Source: an uncultured Bacteriovoracaceae bacterium (GTDB taxonomy: Bacteria > Desulfobacterota > Desulfomonilia > UBA1062). Taken from it: a stretch of DNA of 64,000 bases. Location of the stretch: NCBI GenBank assembly GCA_964600235.1, contig CAZRIV010000013.1:21258-85257 (forward strand). Reading direction: 5' to 3'. The translations under genes and the position numbers were made by a program. The notes under the pieces are model-generated. The model worked only from the letters and a program-made list of their open reading frames with translations, ran no database searches and was not told where the DNA came from. Numbering within the stretch: position 1 is the first letter of the stretch; each line of letters opens with the position of its first letter. Of this stretch, positions 28,532 to 38,541 are shown in pieces.

Positions 28532-30070
28532 TCAGATTTCGCGCTGTTCATCCTTCATGAGCCATACGATGCGGTTGAGTGCATTGATATAGGCCTTGGC
28601 GGATGCCACCAGGATATCAGGGTGCGCTCCATGACCCGCAACGGCGCGGTTGTTGTATTTCAGCTGCACCGTGGCTTCGCCCTGGGCATCCGTGCCGCCC
28701 GTCACGGCGTTTACGGCAAATTTCATCAGGTCGTAGCCGGTCTTGGTGATCTTCTTGATTGCATCGAAGGTGGCATCCACCGGCCCGACCCCGAACCCTG
28801 CATCCTGCACGAGCTCATTGTCGATCTCGAGCTGCATGGTTGCGGTAGGGACCGCAACATTGCCGCTCACCACATTCAGGTACACGAGCTTGTACTTCTC
28901 CTCAATCCTCAATACCTCTTCATAGAGTATGGTCTCGAGATCCTCGTCGAAGATTTCCTTCTTCACGTCGGCCAGTTCCTTGAACCGTACAAAGACCCTG
29001 TTCAGCTCGTCTTCGCTCACATCGTACCCGAGCTGTTTGAGGTGCTTGGTGACCGCATGCCTTCCTGAATGCTTCCCGAGAACGATATGGCTGTCGGGCA
29101 TGCCCACCGATTGCGGGGTCATGATCTCGTAGGTGAGCTTTTCCTTGATAAGGCCGTCCTGGTGGATGCCCGATTCATGGGCAAAGGCATTGGCGCCTAC
29201 AATGGCCTTGTTGGGCTGGACACGCACGCCTGTTATCTGGGTGAGCAGCCGGGAAGTCTGGTAAATGTTCTCGGTCTTGATGCCGGTATACAGCCCGAAC
29301 AGATCCTTACGGGTAGCGATGGCCATGACGACCTCTTCCATGGCGGCATTCCCGGCCCGTTCGCCGATTCCGTTTATGGTACATTCAACCTGGCGTGCAC
29401 CGTTGCGAAGCGCTGCCAGAGAATTGGCAACCGCCAGCCCCAGATCGTTGTGGCAGTGCACGGCGATGACCGCCTGGCTTATATTCTTAACCTTTGCAAA
29501 CAGATATGCGATCAACGCACCGAACTCGTCAGGGATGGCGTACCCCACCGTATCGGGTATGTTGACCGTCTTTGCGCCGCATGCAATGACCGCTTCAACC
29601 ATTTCACACAGATAATCGTGATCGCTCCGGGTGGCATCCATGGGGGAGAACTCCACATTCTCCGTATAGCGGCAGGCATGCTCCACTGCGGCGCATGCCT
29701 CCTTGAGAACCTCCGCCCTTGTCTTGCGGAGCTGGTACTTCAGGTGAATGTCGGAAGATGAGATGAAGGTATGGATGCGGGGACGGGCGGCATCCTTTAT
29801 GGCCTCCCATGCCCGGTCGATGTCCTTCAGGTTTGCCCGGGCAAGCCCTGCGACCTGCGCTCCCCTTATTTCGCGGGCAATCTGTCTGACAGAAGCAAAG
29901 TCACCCTCGGAGGCCACCGGGAATCCGGCCTCGATGATATCGACACCGAGCCTCTCGAGCTGCCTGGCGAGATGGAGCTTCTCATCCAGGTTCATGCTGC
30001 ACCCCGGCGACTGCTCTCCGTCTCTGAGGGTGGTATCGAAGATAAACACTTTGTTCTGGGGATCAACCAT
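28532..30070 (-). CDS. leuA: 2-isopropylmalate synthase
   Basis: IFDTTLRDGEQSPG, HCHNDLGLAVANS, NGIGERAGN, HESGIHQDG, C-terminal regulatory domain G.GPVDA. Confidence 0.97.
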   Translation of the reverse strand: MVDPQNKVFIFDTTLRDGEQSPGCSMNLDEKLHLARQLERLGVDIIEAGFPVASEGDFASVRQIAREIRGAQVAGLARANLKDIDRAWEAIKDAARPRIHTFISSSDIHLKYQLRKTRAEVLKEACAAVEHACRYTENVEFSPMDATRSDHDYLCEMVEAVIACGAKTVNIPDTVGYAIPDEFGALIAYLFAKVKNISQAVIAVHCHNDLGLAVANSLAALRNGARQVECTINGIGERAGNAAMEEVVMAIATRKDLFGLYTGIKTENIYQTSRLLTQITGVRVQPNKAIVGANAFAHESGIHQDGLIKEKLTYEIMTPQSVGMPDSHIVLGKHSGRHAVTKHLKQLGYDVSEDELNRVFVRFKELADVKKEIFDEDLETILYEEVLRIEEKYKLVYLNVVSGNVAVPTATMQLEIDNELVQDAGFGVGPVDATFDAIKKITKTGYDLMKFAVNAVTGGTDAQGEATVQLKYNNRAVAGHGAHPDILVASAKAYINALNRIVWLMKDEQREI

Positions 30071-30087
30071 TTCTTTCTCCTTTCATT

Positions 30088-30126
30088 AAAAATAAAAAGG
30101 CCATGGACTTATCGCCCATGGCCTTT
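30088..30126 (-). terminator. Attenuator terminator upstream of leuA
   Basis: AAAGGCCATGG-9 nt-CCATGGCCTTT followed by TTATTTTT on the minus strand. Confidence 0.9.
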
Positions 30127-30150
30127 AGGTTCTCGTCTTGTTCTTTTATA

Positions 30151-30240
30151 CTATGGACAACCTAAAAACAATGGGCGTCTGCCTATAGTGTTAAGGCATA
30201 GGAGGAGGAGTGCAAGATTTACTGTCTCGATAACGATCAT
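30151..30240 (-). CDS. Leucine-rich leader peptide (29 aa) of leuA attenuator
   Basis: MIVIETVNLALLLLCLNTIGRRPLFLGCP*, 8 Leu with a run of 4; RBS GGAGAGG; not in the ORF track (<60 aa). Confidence 0.85.
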   Translation of the reverse strand: MIVIETVNLALLLLCLNTIGRRPLFLGCP

Positions 30241-30511
30241 ATTTACTATTCCTCTCCCTATCACCGTGCAATAAAGAACTATTATCCACTATTTGAATGA
30301 GAACATCGGGCATGTCAAGCGAGAATCACGATTAAGAGATCCTTGCATAACTCCATGCTCCCTGTTGAGCTGCACAAAGAAGCTGGCCTCCTGCTGCATT
30401 CCTTACAGCCCTTCGTTGCGTTCATCACTCGAGCATGACCATTGTGCAGGGATCTCTCCATATGACTTTATGCTTGACTGCGCATGTGACTGGGCTCTAG
30501 AAAACCATCTC

Positions 30512-31075
30512 ATGACCGGGGTCGTACTCATAGGCGGCAGGTCCAGGCGATTCGGTAGCGACAAGGTCCTCTCCGGATTCAAGGGCAAGCCGCTCATCAA
30601 ACATGTGATTGAAACCATCAGCCCGCTTTTCGATGAAACCATCCTTATAGGTCATAGACGCAAAGGCCTGGACGAGTACAGGGTTGTTGAAGATATCAGG
30701 CCGGGGTGCGGCCCGCTTGGTGGTATTTATACGGCCCTGAACGCTGCAACCTCGGATTACTGCTTTGTCTGCGCTGCGGATATGCTCCGGCTCAATCGCG
30801 AATTCATCTCCCACATGATCACCCTGGCGGATGCCCACGACATCATCATGCCCATGTGGTCCAAAGGCAGGGAGCCGCTCCATGCCATTTACCGAAAGAC
30901 GGTCATTCCTTACGCCGCAGCGCTTCTGGAACAGGAGGATTTCAAAATTTACTCGCTTATCCAGAAGGTGGATACCCTGATAATCCCTGAAGAAACCATA
31001 CGGGCCTACGGCGATCCCGAGGTCTTGTTTTCAAACGTGAACACCATGGGCGACCTTCTGCAAATTAATACCTAA
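30512..31075 (+). CDS. mobA: Molybdenum cofactor guanylyltransferase
   Basis: VLIGGRSRRFGSDK, GPLGGIYTAL, CAADM, EPLHAIY, NVNT. Confidence 0.9.
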   Translation: MTGVVLIGGRSRRFGSDKVLSGFKGKPLIKHVIETISPLFDETILIGHRRKGLDEYRVVEDIRPGCGPLGGIYTALNAATSDYCFVCAADMLRLNREFISHMITLADAHDIIMPMWSKGREPLHAIYRKTVIPYAAALLEQEDFKIYSLIQKVDTLIIPEETIRAYGDPEVLFSNVNTMGDLLQINT

Positions 31076-31154
31076 CCCATCATCTTATCAGGCATAATAT
31101 CCGTCAATCCCATACCCTTTGAAAACCATTGCCCCCTTGTGCTATAGGTGGCCC

Positions 31155-32033
31155 ATGGAACGCAGTCGGTTACGGCAGAGCATGTACGAACTCATCCACA
31201 AGACTTGTACCGTCCTGCCCCGGGACATCACGGATGCCATTGAAAAGGCCGTATCAAGGGAAAAGGCAGGATCCGTAGCGTGCGAGACCCTTGATGTCAT
31301 CATGCAGAGTGCATCCCTTTCACAAAAAAAACGCCTTCCCGTCTGCCAGGATACAGGGGCACCCCTGATCATCGTGGAGGGTCGCCCTGATATGTCGGTC
31401 TTTCTCATAAACGAAGCCGTCGTGGATGCCATGAGGGCTCTCACTGAAGAAGGCCTTCTCAGACAGAACTGCGTAGATCCGCTCACCGAAAAGAACACCC
31501 TGGACAATACCGGCAGGTACGTCCCACAGATTCATTATGAACCTTTTGATGGCCCTGTGCGGATTCATGCCATGCTTAAGGGCGGGGGATCGGAAAACGT
31601 GAGCACCCAGTATGCCCTTCCCCTGGAACGGATCGAGGCACAAAGGGATATGGACGGGGTGAGACGATGCATACTGGATGCCGTTTTCCAGGCCCAGGGC
31701 AAGGGCTGTGCCCCCGGGATTATCGGTGTATGTATAGGAGGAGACCGGGCTTCCGGTTATCTGGTGGCGAAAAGACAGCTTTTCCGTACTCTTGGTGATA
31801 CGAATCCTGAACCTGTTCTGGCATTTTTGGAGCAGACCATACTTGAGGAGTCAAACACCCTGGGCATAGGGCCCATGGGCCTGGGCGGCAACACGACGCT
31901 GCTGGGCGTAAAAATCGGCTCTGCAGGAAGACACCCGGCAAGCTATTTCGTAACAGTGAGCTACTCATGCTGGGCCACCAGACGTTACGCCGTGGAACTG
32001 ACCAATGAGGGAGACATCCGGGAATGGATCTGA
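31155..32033 (+). CDS. Fe-S hydro-lyase (fumarate hydratase/tartrate dehydratase) alpha subunit
   Basis: PVCQDTG, LKGGGSEN, GKGCAPG, IGPMGLGG, RHPAS. Confidence 0.9.
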   Translation: MERSRLRQSMYELIHKTCTVLPRDITDAIEKAVSREKAGSVACETLDVIMQSASLSQKKRLPVCQDTGAPLIIVEGRPDMSVFLINEAVVDAMRALTEEGLLRQNCVDPLTEKNTLDNTGRYVPQIHYEPFDGPVRIHAMLKGGGSENVSTQYALPLERIEAQRDMDGVRRCILDAVFQAQGKGCAPGIIGVCIGGDRASGYLVAKRQLFRTLGDTNPEPVLAFLEQTILEESNTLGIGPMGLGGNTTLLGVKIGSAGRHPASYFVTVSYSCWATRRYAVELTNEGDIREWI

Positions 32034-32623
32034 AGCACATCACCTCTCCCATGGAGCCTGATGTCGTCAAACGCCTCTCAGCAGGCGATATGGTGAGCCT
32101 CTCGGGCCGGGTCGTCACAGGCCGCGATCAGGTGCACAAATACCTTGCCGAAGGGGGAGAATCGCCCATAAACCTTGAAGGCCTTGTAATCTACCATTGC
32201 GGACCTGTCGTGATAGAGGAAAACGGAAAATGGAAGATCGTGGCGGCAGGGCCTACTACATCCATACGGGAAGAACCTTATGAAGCGGATATCATCTCAC
32301 GCTTCAAACCCGCGGCCATTATGGGCAAAGGCGGCATGGGAGAGAAGTCGCTTCGTGCCATGTCCGAGCACACCTGCATATATCTCCATGCCACCGGAGG
32401 AGCCGCCCAGTACCTGGCAGAGCGCATTATCCAGGTTGAAGAGGTCCATCTGAGCGAATTCGGACAACCTGAAGCCATGTGGGTCCTTACCGTGAAGAAT
32501 CTGCCGGCACTGGTGACCATGGACGCCCACGGCAGGTCGCTCCACAAGAACATGGCGGATGAATCATACAGACGGCTCGAAGAGTTGTTCAACCGATCAA
32601 TCAGGAAAGACGGTCTCACGTGA
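32024..32623 (+). CDS. Fe-S hydro-lyase beta subunit
   Basis: TGRDQVH, IYHCGP, GPTTSIRE, MGKGGMG, VTMDAHG. Confidence 0.9.
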   Translation: MDLKHITSPMEPDVVKRLSAGDMVSLSGRVVTGRDQVHKYLAEGGESPINLEGLVIYHCGPVVIEENGKWKIVAAGPTTSIREEPYEADIISRFKPAAIMGKGGMGEKSLRAMSEHTCIYLHATGGAAQYLAERIIQVEEVHLSEFGQPEAMWVLTVKNLPALVTMDAHGRSLHKNMADESYRRLEELFNRSIRKDGLT

Positions 32624-32653
32624 CATATACAAACCACCACAGGAGGTAGTTCA

Positions 32654-33439
32654 ATGAACGTTCAAGAGATGTTTGATCTGAAGGGCAAGGTTGCCATCAT
32701 CACCGGTGGCGGCAGGGGCATCGGTAGATTCATAGCTCAGGGGCTTGCAGAGGCGGGCGCCAACGTAGTGATCGCATCGAGAAAAGTGGCCAATTGCGAG
32801 AAGGCCGCCCAGGAGCTCGGCAAACTCGGGGTAAAAACACTGGCACTGAAGTGCGATACCGGTTCAGAGGAAGATATTACGAGCCTGGTGGATGCCACCA
32901 TGAAGGAGTTCGGCAAGATCGACATCCTGGTGAATAATGCAGGCATAACCTGGGGTGCCCCCACACTGGAGTTTCCCCTGGACAAATGGGACAAGATCTT
33001 TGATGTAAATGTAAGAGGTGTCTGGTATCTCACCCAGAAGGTGGCCAACATCATGAAGGAAAAGGGCGGCGGAAAAATCATCAATATATCATCCATTTTC
33101 GGGTCCCGCGGCTCCATCGAAGAAGGCCACCCGGCCGTTGCATACAACTCATCCAAGGCAGCCATCGAGGTGCTTACCAAAAACCTCGCAGTGAAACTCT
33201 CGCGCTATAACATCAACATCAATTGCATAGCACCCGGGTTCTTCCGTACAGACATGATGGAATACATATTCAAACCCGACATGAAGCCGATACTCGATCT
33301 CACCGTAGCCCAGATACCACTGCTCAGATATGGAGAAGAGGATCATGTAAAGGGTCTTGCCGTATTTCTTGCATCCAAGGCATCGGATTTCATGACCGGG
33401 GCCATCATCCCCTTGGACGGCGGTATGGCAGCAAAGTAA
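32654..33439 (+). CDS. Short-chain dehydrogenase/reductase
   Basis: TGGGRGIG, NNAG, YNSSK (YxxxK). Confidence 0.95.
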   Translation: MNVQEMFDLKGKVAIITGGGRGIGRFIAQGLAEAGANVVIASRKVANCEKAAQELGKLGVKTLALKCDTGSEEDITSLVDATMKEFGKIDILVNNAGITWGAPTLEFPLDKWDKIFDVNVRGVWYLTQKVANIMKEKGGGKIINISSIFGSRGSIEEGHPAVAYNSSKAAIEVLTKNLAVKLSRYNININCIAPGFFRTDMMEYIFKPDMKPILDLTVAQIPLLRYGEEDHVKGLAVFLASKASDFMTGAIIPLDGGMAAK

Positions 33440-33486
33440 TGCGGAATGACAAACTTTTGAATCTCTAAAAGAACCTCATAAAAAAA

Positions 33487-33520
33487 CTTGTGAAGAGGGC
33501 TCAAAAGCCCTCTTCACAAG
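33487..33520. terminator. 15-bp perfect hairpin between convergent genes
   Basis: cttgtgaagagggct-caaa-agccctcttcacaag. Confidence 0.8.
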
Positions 33521-33594
33521 CCGCTGAAGAAGAGAGTAACGGGGGGTGTCGAACCATACTGGCATGGGATTACCCCCCTGTAGGGTTGGCGTTT

Positions 33595-33903
33595 TTAAAC
33601 AACAATCACTGAATTATCCGCGCCTCCATACTGGGAATAGGTGTACTTGTCTGCGCTGCAGTCATTCTCCCAGATTTCCTCGTCGAGAAGATAACGGAAC
33701 TGGTATTCGCTGCCACAGGAGAGGTTCATTGTTGCAGAGAAAGATCCGTCTTTTGATTTCTTCATGGGCGTGGCACCCACCTCCCAGCCATTGAAATCCC
33801 CGACTATGCATGCTGAAATGGCTGTTTTTGCTATATCGCCCGGCAAAGAAAACGTCACCTTGCATACATCCCTGTTTTTCACATACATCTTTCTGATTCC
33901 CAT
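33595..33903 (-). CDS. Isoamylase early-set / CBM48-like small protein
   Basis: RBS aaggagg before ATG 33903; IVGDFNGW, YQFRYLLD..WEND..AD, DNSVIVV. Confidence 0.85.
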   Translation of the reverse strand: MGIRKMYVKNRDVCKVTFSLPGDIAKTAISACIVGDFNGWEVGATPMKKSKDGSFSATMNLSCGSEYQFRYLLDEEIWENDCSADKYTYSQYGGADNSVIVV

Positions 33904-34116
33904 GGGATCCGCCTCCTTATTAAAATGAGTTGTACAGACATAATAACCGCTTGCTCCCTTTTTACAGTTTCCTCTAGAAATTTCTATGGTTAAAGTTGAT
34001 AGATTATTGACAGGAAAATGATGATCATTCACTCCCGGATTCTGTAAATGAATGCCCGGCACGTTCCGGCAGGTCTCAAGCACAGGGTTCAAGGTGACCA
34101 TGAAACTGTTCTCACC

Positions 34117-34338
34117 CCGGATTGTACATTTGTTCGTTTCCATACACACTCGATACCCTTTCAAGGATGCATGAAACGGATAATTCCTATGGTTAACGGG
34201 TTCGTTTTTTATAGGTCCGTTAAAGCCGGTGATCTTAAAGCCACCCAATGGCCGACACATTCAGCATTCCTCAAAGGCTTTAAGATCACCGGCTTTAACG
34301 GATCAAGTCTTCACACCCCTTCGATCACAAGATCCGGG
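34117..34338. repeat. Dispersed non-coding element copy B with perfect 27-bp hairpin (arms 34216-34242 and 34276-34302)
   Basis: tccgttaaagccggtgatcttaaagcc and its exact reverse complement 33 nt later; flanks align to copies A and C. Confidence 0.85.
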
Positions 34339-34427
34339 TTCAACAGGTCCGTTCAATGCCACCACCAAAGCAATCTTACATTCCCCCAGAAATCGGGCTC
34401 TGGGCAGAACTTGCTGTGGACGTTACC

Positions 34428-35321
34428 CTAGAAACAAAAACGGAATATGCGTTTCCTTATCTGAGCGGCCTTTTCCGACGCGGACCTGTACCCTGCCTCC
34501 ACAAACACGTCAAAGTGGTCGAAGTCGGACCATGGGTACGAACCTACATCCGGCCTGATTAGACAATCAAGATCTTTTGAGATGTATACGTTCATAAACT
34601 CTTTGGATATGTCAAAGCTGCGAAATACTACATCCATGCTGTGATGGATGTCTGCATCTTCATCAATAGGGTCAATGCTTCTGGAAACATCCACACCGAT
34701 CATGAGGTCCGGGTTGAAGGTCTTGGCCGTGTAGCAAGGTATCATCTCTGCAACACCTCCATCCACAAGCAGCATTCCGTGCAATCTCACCGGGGGGAAA
34801 AAGCCGGGGGTGGCACAACTCGCAGTAAGTGCCGTATGGAGGTCACCTTCCGTGAAAATGATGGGGTCTCCTGTTACGAGATCAACGCTCGTGCATTTAA
34901 AGGGCAATTTAAGGTCGGAAAACTTCTTGTCTCCCACGAGATACTTCATGTGAACCACAAAGTCCTCAGGAGTAATAAAGGACTTGTTCCATAATGCCCT
35001 GGTATAAAAGTACCCCTGCTTTATGGTTGACTGTATCTTCTCGAAAAACGATCGGGACTTATCCGCCTCGGGCAACTCCATATCGCGCATGGTCTCCTGG
35101 AAAAGCGGGGAAGCCATGTAGGTCCTGAGCCTCGCCTCTACCTCGTCGATATCCAGATAGAGGCTGTAGAGTGCCCCGACGATGGATCCGAAAGAAATCC
35201 CTGCGATGCAGTCGATGGGAATTCCGGCCTCCTTCAATGCCCGGATAACCCCGATATGGGCAAGACCACGCGACCCCCCCGCACCAAGGGCCAGGGCTAC
35301 TCTCTTTTTCTTTCTCAGCAT
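34428..35321 (-). CDS. Patatin-like phospholipase
   Basis: GAGGSRG, GISFG (GxSxG), DGG. Confidence 0.92.
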   Translation of the reverse strand: MLRKKKRVALALGAGGSRGLAHIGVIRALKEAGIPIDCIAGISFGSIVGALYSLYLDIDEVEARLRTYMASPLFQETMRDMELPEADKSRSFFEKIQSTIKQGYFYTRALWNKSFITPEDFVVHMKYLVGDKKFSDLKLPFKCTSVDLVTGDPIIFTEGDLHTALTASCATPGFFPPVRLHGMLLVDGGVAEMIPCYTAKTFNPDLMIGVDVSRSIDPIDEDADIHHSMDVVFRSFDISKEFMNVYISKDLDCLIRPDVGSYPWSDFDHFDVFVEAGYRSASEKAAQIRKRIFRFCF

Positions 35322-36628
35322 TAGAGTTTCCGGGATAAATACTGATCCTGATCCATATCCTGCAGATACACGGCATAATAACCGCTCCCGGGGTTTTGGT
35401 ACCAGTCCATCCCCTGATTACGGCACGCCTTGCAGGCGCCATGGGGCATATGTACGCCCAGAATGCGATAGCCGGTGGATGCGGCAGATTCGATCTTGAA
35501 CGTGCCCGGACAGTCATCGCAGAAACGGAAGACTTCCTGCTGGTTCTCGGAAATACCGTCCGTATCGTAGAAGACGCTGCGGTGCCTCTCGACGAAGGGT
35601 CTTCTTTCCGGTTTCAATCCGTCACGTGTCTTCCATAGACCATAAATCTGTTCACACAATCTTTTTATATAATCAGAAATCCTCACGTCTTGCTGAAGGT
35701 CGTATCTATCGAGGTCCGGTTCTTGTACATAAGAATAGTCCACCCCTGCCAGGGCGAGTATGATACCCGTATTCACATAGGGAAGCGCTCCCTCTATGGA
35801 ATATCCTCCTTCGAGAACGCAGATGTCGGGTTTGAGCATATCATTCAGTTTTGCATAGCCGCCGGCAGTAAAGGACATGTTGGTTATCGGGTCGGAATAG
35901 TGATTGTCCTGCCCGGCCGAATTGATGACGAGGTCGGGTTTGAACTCGTGCAATACCGGCATGACGAGATGTTCCATTGCATGGAGGATGCCCTCGTCGC
36001 ATGTCTTCGGCGGCAGAGGTATATTCAACGTGAGCCCGCAGGCATTCGGTCCGCCATACTCTGCAGGGAACCCCGAGCCCGGATATAAGGTTCTGCCGTC
36101 CTGATGGATGGAGACATACAGTACATCAGGGTCATGCCAGTAGATGTCCTGTGTCCCGTCCCCATGGTGACAATCGGTATCGACGATGGCGATCTTCTTG
36201 ATTCTCGGATAGTGTTTCCTTGCCCACTCCACCATAACCGCTTCGATATTGATGTTGCAGAAACCCCGGGCACCCTGCACCACCCTCATGGCGTGATGGC
36301 CCGGTGGTCTCACCAGCGCAAAGGCGTTATCCACAACGCCTTCCAGAACAAGCCGGGCAGCCTCGATGCACCCGCCGGCAGATACGTTGTGCGATTCCGT
36401 GATACGTGATCCCACATCAGGAACACAGAAATGCGCCCGGCTGATGTCATGCTCGTCGGCAAGACCCGCCTTGAACTCATGGATGCCTTCGATATCGAGA
36501 ATCCCCTCCTCCAGCACCTGGTCCTGGGTATAGAGGAGTCTCTCCTTGCGTTCCGGATGCGTAGGGGTTATCTCCCAGTCGTAAGCAGGGAAGAAAATCA
36601 GTCCGGTCTTTTTATCGGCCTTGATCAT
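35321..36628 (-). CDS. Histone deacetylase-family amidohydrolase
   Basis: HPER, RPPGHHA, GFC..N, IVDTDCHHGDGTQ, SAGQDNH..DP, LEGGY; start overlaps the upstream stop (ATGA). Confidence 0.92.
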   Translation of the reverse strand: MIKADKKTGLIFFPAYDWEITPTHPERKERLLYTQDQVLEEGILDIEGIHEFKAGLADEHDISRAHFCVPDVGSRITESHNVSAGGCIEAARLVLEGVVDNAFALVRPPGHHAMRVVQGARGFCNINIEAVMVEWARKHYPRIKKIAIVDTDCHHGDGTQDIYWHDPDVLYVSIHQDGRTLYPGSGFPAEYGGPNACGLTLNIPLPPKTCDEGILHAMEHLVMPVLHEFKPDLVINSAGQDNHYSDPITNMSFTAGGYAKLNDMLKPDICVLEGGYSIEGALPYVNTGIILALAGVDYSYVQEPDLDRYDLQQDVRISDYIKRLCEQIYGLWKTRDGLKPERRPFVERHRSVFYDTDGISENQQEVFRFCDDCPGTFKIESAASTGYRILGVHMPHGACKACRNQGMDWYQNPGSGYYAVYLQDMDQDQYLSRKL

Positions 36629-38280
36629 TGTCCGCTCCATTCACGAAGAATTCCGGGTATTGTCTGTATCTTAACCCTCATGTTCCTGCCCACGGTTGAA
36701 AAACCCCTTATCATGTTGAAGCACTGTTCCTCTATGATGCTGAACTCCACATCATCGCTCAGTCCGAGCAGGGAGACATTTGCCCTTATGGCATCGAACC
36801 CATAGGACTTCAGTTCATCCATAGTCATGGTCTGGGAAGCCTCTTCCTCCAGGTGCAGCTCCGGGCAGATCAGCTTTCTCAGCTGGGTATCGGAGAGCAA
36901 GGTGATCTGCGCGGTAGTCCTCGCGAGAGCTGCACCCAAGGCATTCGCCACCATGAAATGCTCCGGAACCTCACACTCGAGGTTGAATGCAGCCTCGACA
37001 TATGGCTTGAGCAGACGGGCCGGGCCTCCAATGAGTATTATCTTGGAGGGCCTTATAATGTCAGGGTGGAGCATCTCATAAATGGTGTAAACCGGGTGGC
37101 TGTTCACCTCATCCAGGAATTCCCGGGCCGCCTTATGGATATTCTCCACCATGGCCGAGAGAATCCGGGAGCTGAGTTCAGGAATAGTCATGGCAAAAGC
37201 CTTGCCCAGGGGCAGGAGGGCCTCTTCGGCTTTATTCATATCCCCGTCAGGGTAACCACCGAGTACTGCAAACGCATCCATGGGTGTTGCCGCCAGCCCC
37301 CCCATACATGCGGGAGGTCCGTTCCTGTTCGGGCCGACTCTCAGTTCCCCATCCTGGGTCCATACGCATGAATCGCCCCCGGCGCCCACGGAGATAACCT
37401 TGAGCCCACGCACCAATGTCTTGAGACCGCCGATATCGACCCCCTGGAGTTCGAGGATTGGAACACCGTTCAGAAGGATGCCCATATCCGTTGTCGTACC
37501 TCCTACATCCAGCACCAGGACAGCTCCCTGGTATTGATCCGTCAGCGCCAAGGCCCCCATCATGCTCGCGGCTGGGCCTGAAAGGATGGTCTCGACCGGG
37601 AGTCTGCTCGCCGCCGATGAGGCATAGGTGCCCCCATCAGCCTTGAGAAAAAATAAGGGTGCATCAATCCCCAGCCTGGCCAGTGCATCCTGCACGGATG
37701 AAACGAAACGTTCCTGCACGGGCATGACTGCTACATTGAGATATGTGGTGTTCAGACGCCGCGGAAAATTCAGACTGCCGCTCATGGTGTGGCCCTGGCA
37801 GATATGCTGGAAATCATCCTTGACCAGGGAAGATATGCGTGCCTCATGGCTGGAATTTCTTACTGAGAATTTTGAGACTATACCGGCACACTCCACTCCG
37901 GAATCCTTCATGCGTTTCGAGGCGCGAAGGACTTCATCTGTATCGACCGGAATATATTCTCGACCCCGGTGATCTATGGCTCCGGACACCAGGTGGAAAG
38001 AATCGGAGAGGAAAAATTGCGCAGGATCCAGTCCTGGTCCAGCCGAGACGATCATGCCGGTCTTTGCATATTTTTTTTCCACGATGGCATTGGTGGAAAG
38101 GGTTGTGGACAATACCACCCTCGTTACGTCCTTAAATCCTACACCGAGTTTTGTTATGGACTCAAGGATGGAGGTTACGAGATCATTCCCCGTTAGGGTC
38201 TTGGCCGTGGAAAGGATCCCTCTTCCGTCCACACAGACTGCATCGGTGTGCGTTCCTCCTATATCGATACCTAAAATCAT
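36625..38280 (-). CDS. Hydantoinase/oxoprolinase (HyuA-like) family protein
   Basis: GIDIGGTHTDAV, LSTTLSTNAIVE, TILSGPAASM, DVGGTTTD, ANALGAA. Confidence 0.9.
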   Translation of the reverse strand: MILGIDIGGTHTDAVCVDGRGILSTAKTLTGNDLVTSILESITKLGVGFKDVTRVVLSTTLSTNAIVEKKYAKTGMIVSAGPGLDPAQFFLSDSFHLVSGAIDHRGREYIPVDTDEVLRASKRMKDSGVECAGIVSKFSVRNSSHEARISSLVKDDFQHICQGHTMSGSLNFPRRLNTTYLNVAVMPVQERFVSSVQDALARLGIDAPLFFLKADGGTYASSAASRLPVETILSGPAASMMGALALTDQYQGAVLVLDVGGTTTDMGILLNGVPILELQGVDIGGLKTLVRGLKVISVGAGGDSCVWTQDGELRVGPNRNGPPACMGGLAATPMDAFAVLGGYPDGDMNKAEEALLPLGKAFAMTIPELSSRILSAMVENIHKAAREFLDEVNSHPVYTIYEMLHPDIIRPSKIILIGGPARLLKPYVEAAFNLECEVPEHFMVANALGAALARTTAQITLLSDTQLRKLICPELHLEEEASQTMTMDELKSYGFDAIRANVSLLGLSDDVEFSIIEEQCFNMIRGFSTVGRNMRVKIQTIPGILREWSGQ

Positions 38281-38541
38281 AAAAACTCCTTCTATAATGC
38301 ATCAACATGTCCGTGCTTAAAAACCTTACTTATCCTTCCAGGGCAATGGCATTGACAATTCTTCTTTATAAAGGTCGAATCTCAAACGTAAGAACAAACC
38401 AGACAAATCAGCCGCAACCATACGTGCGAATCTTTTTTCAAATCATACCAATTCATACCCCAAATGACAATCCTTCATGAATATTGCTTTGAACTCATGG
38501 ATCTGGTAGATCACGGGAGTAATTATCCCTTGGAGGAAGAT

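Noticed and set aside
33541-33578. tRNA-like GGTTCGA T-loop on the minus strand within a GGGGGGT...ACCCCCC stem
   Set aside because: No D-arm, anticodon arm or acceptor stem could be built; treated as an ordinary 3' hairpin.
34216-34302. Integron attC interpretation of the long hairpins
   Set aside because: attC hairpins read RYYYAAC...GTTRRRY; these read GTT...AAC (opposite order), lack the typical extrahelical bases, and no integrase or cassette array is present.
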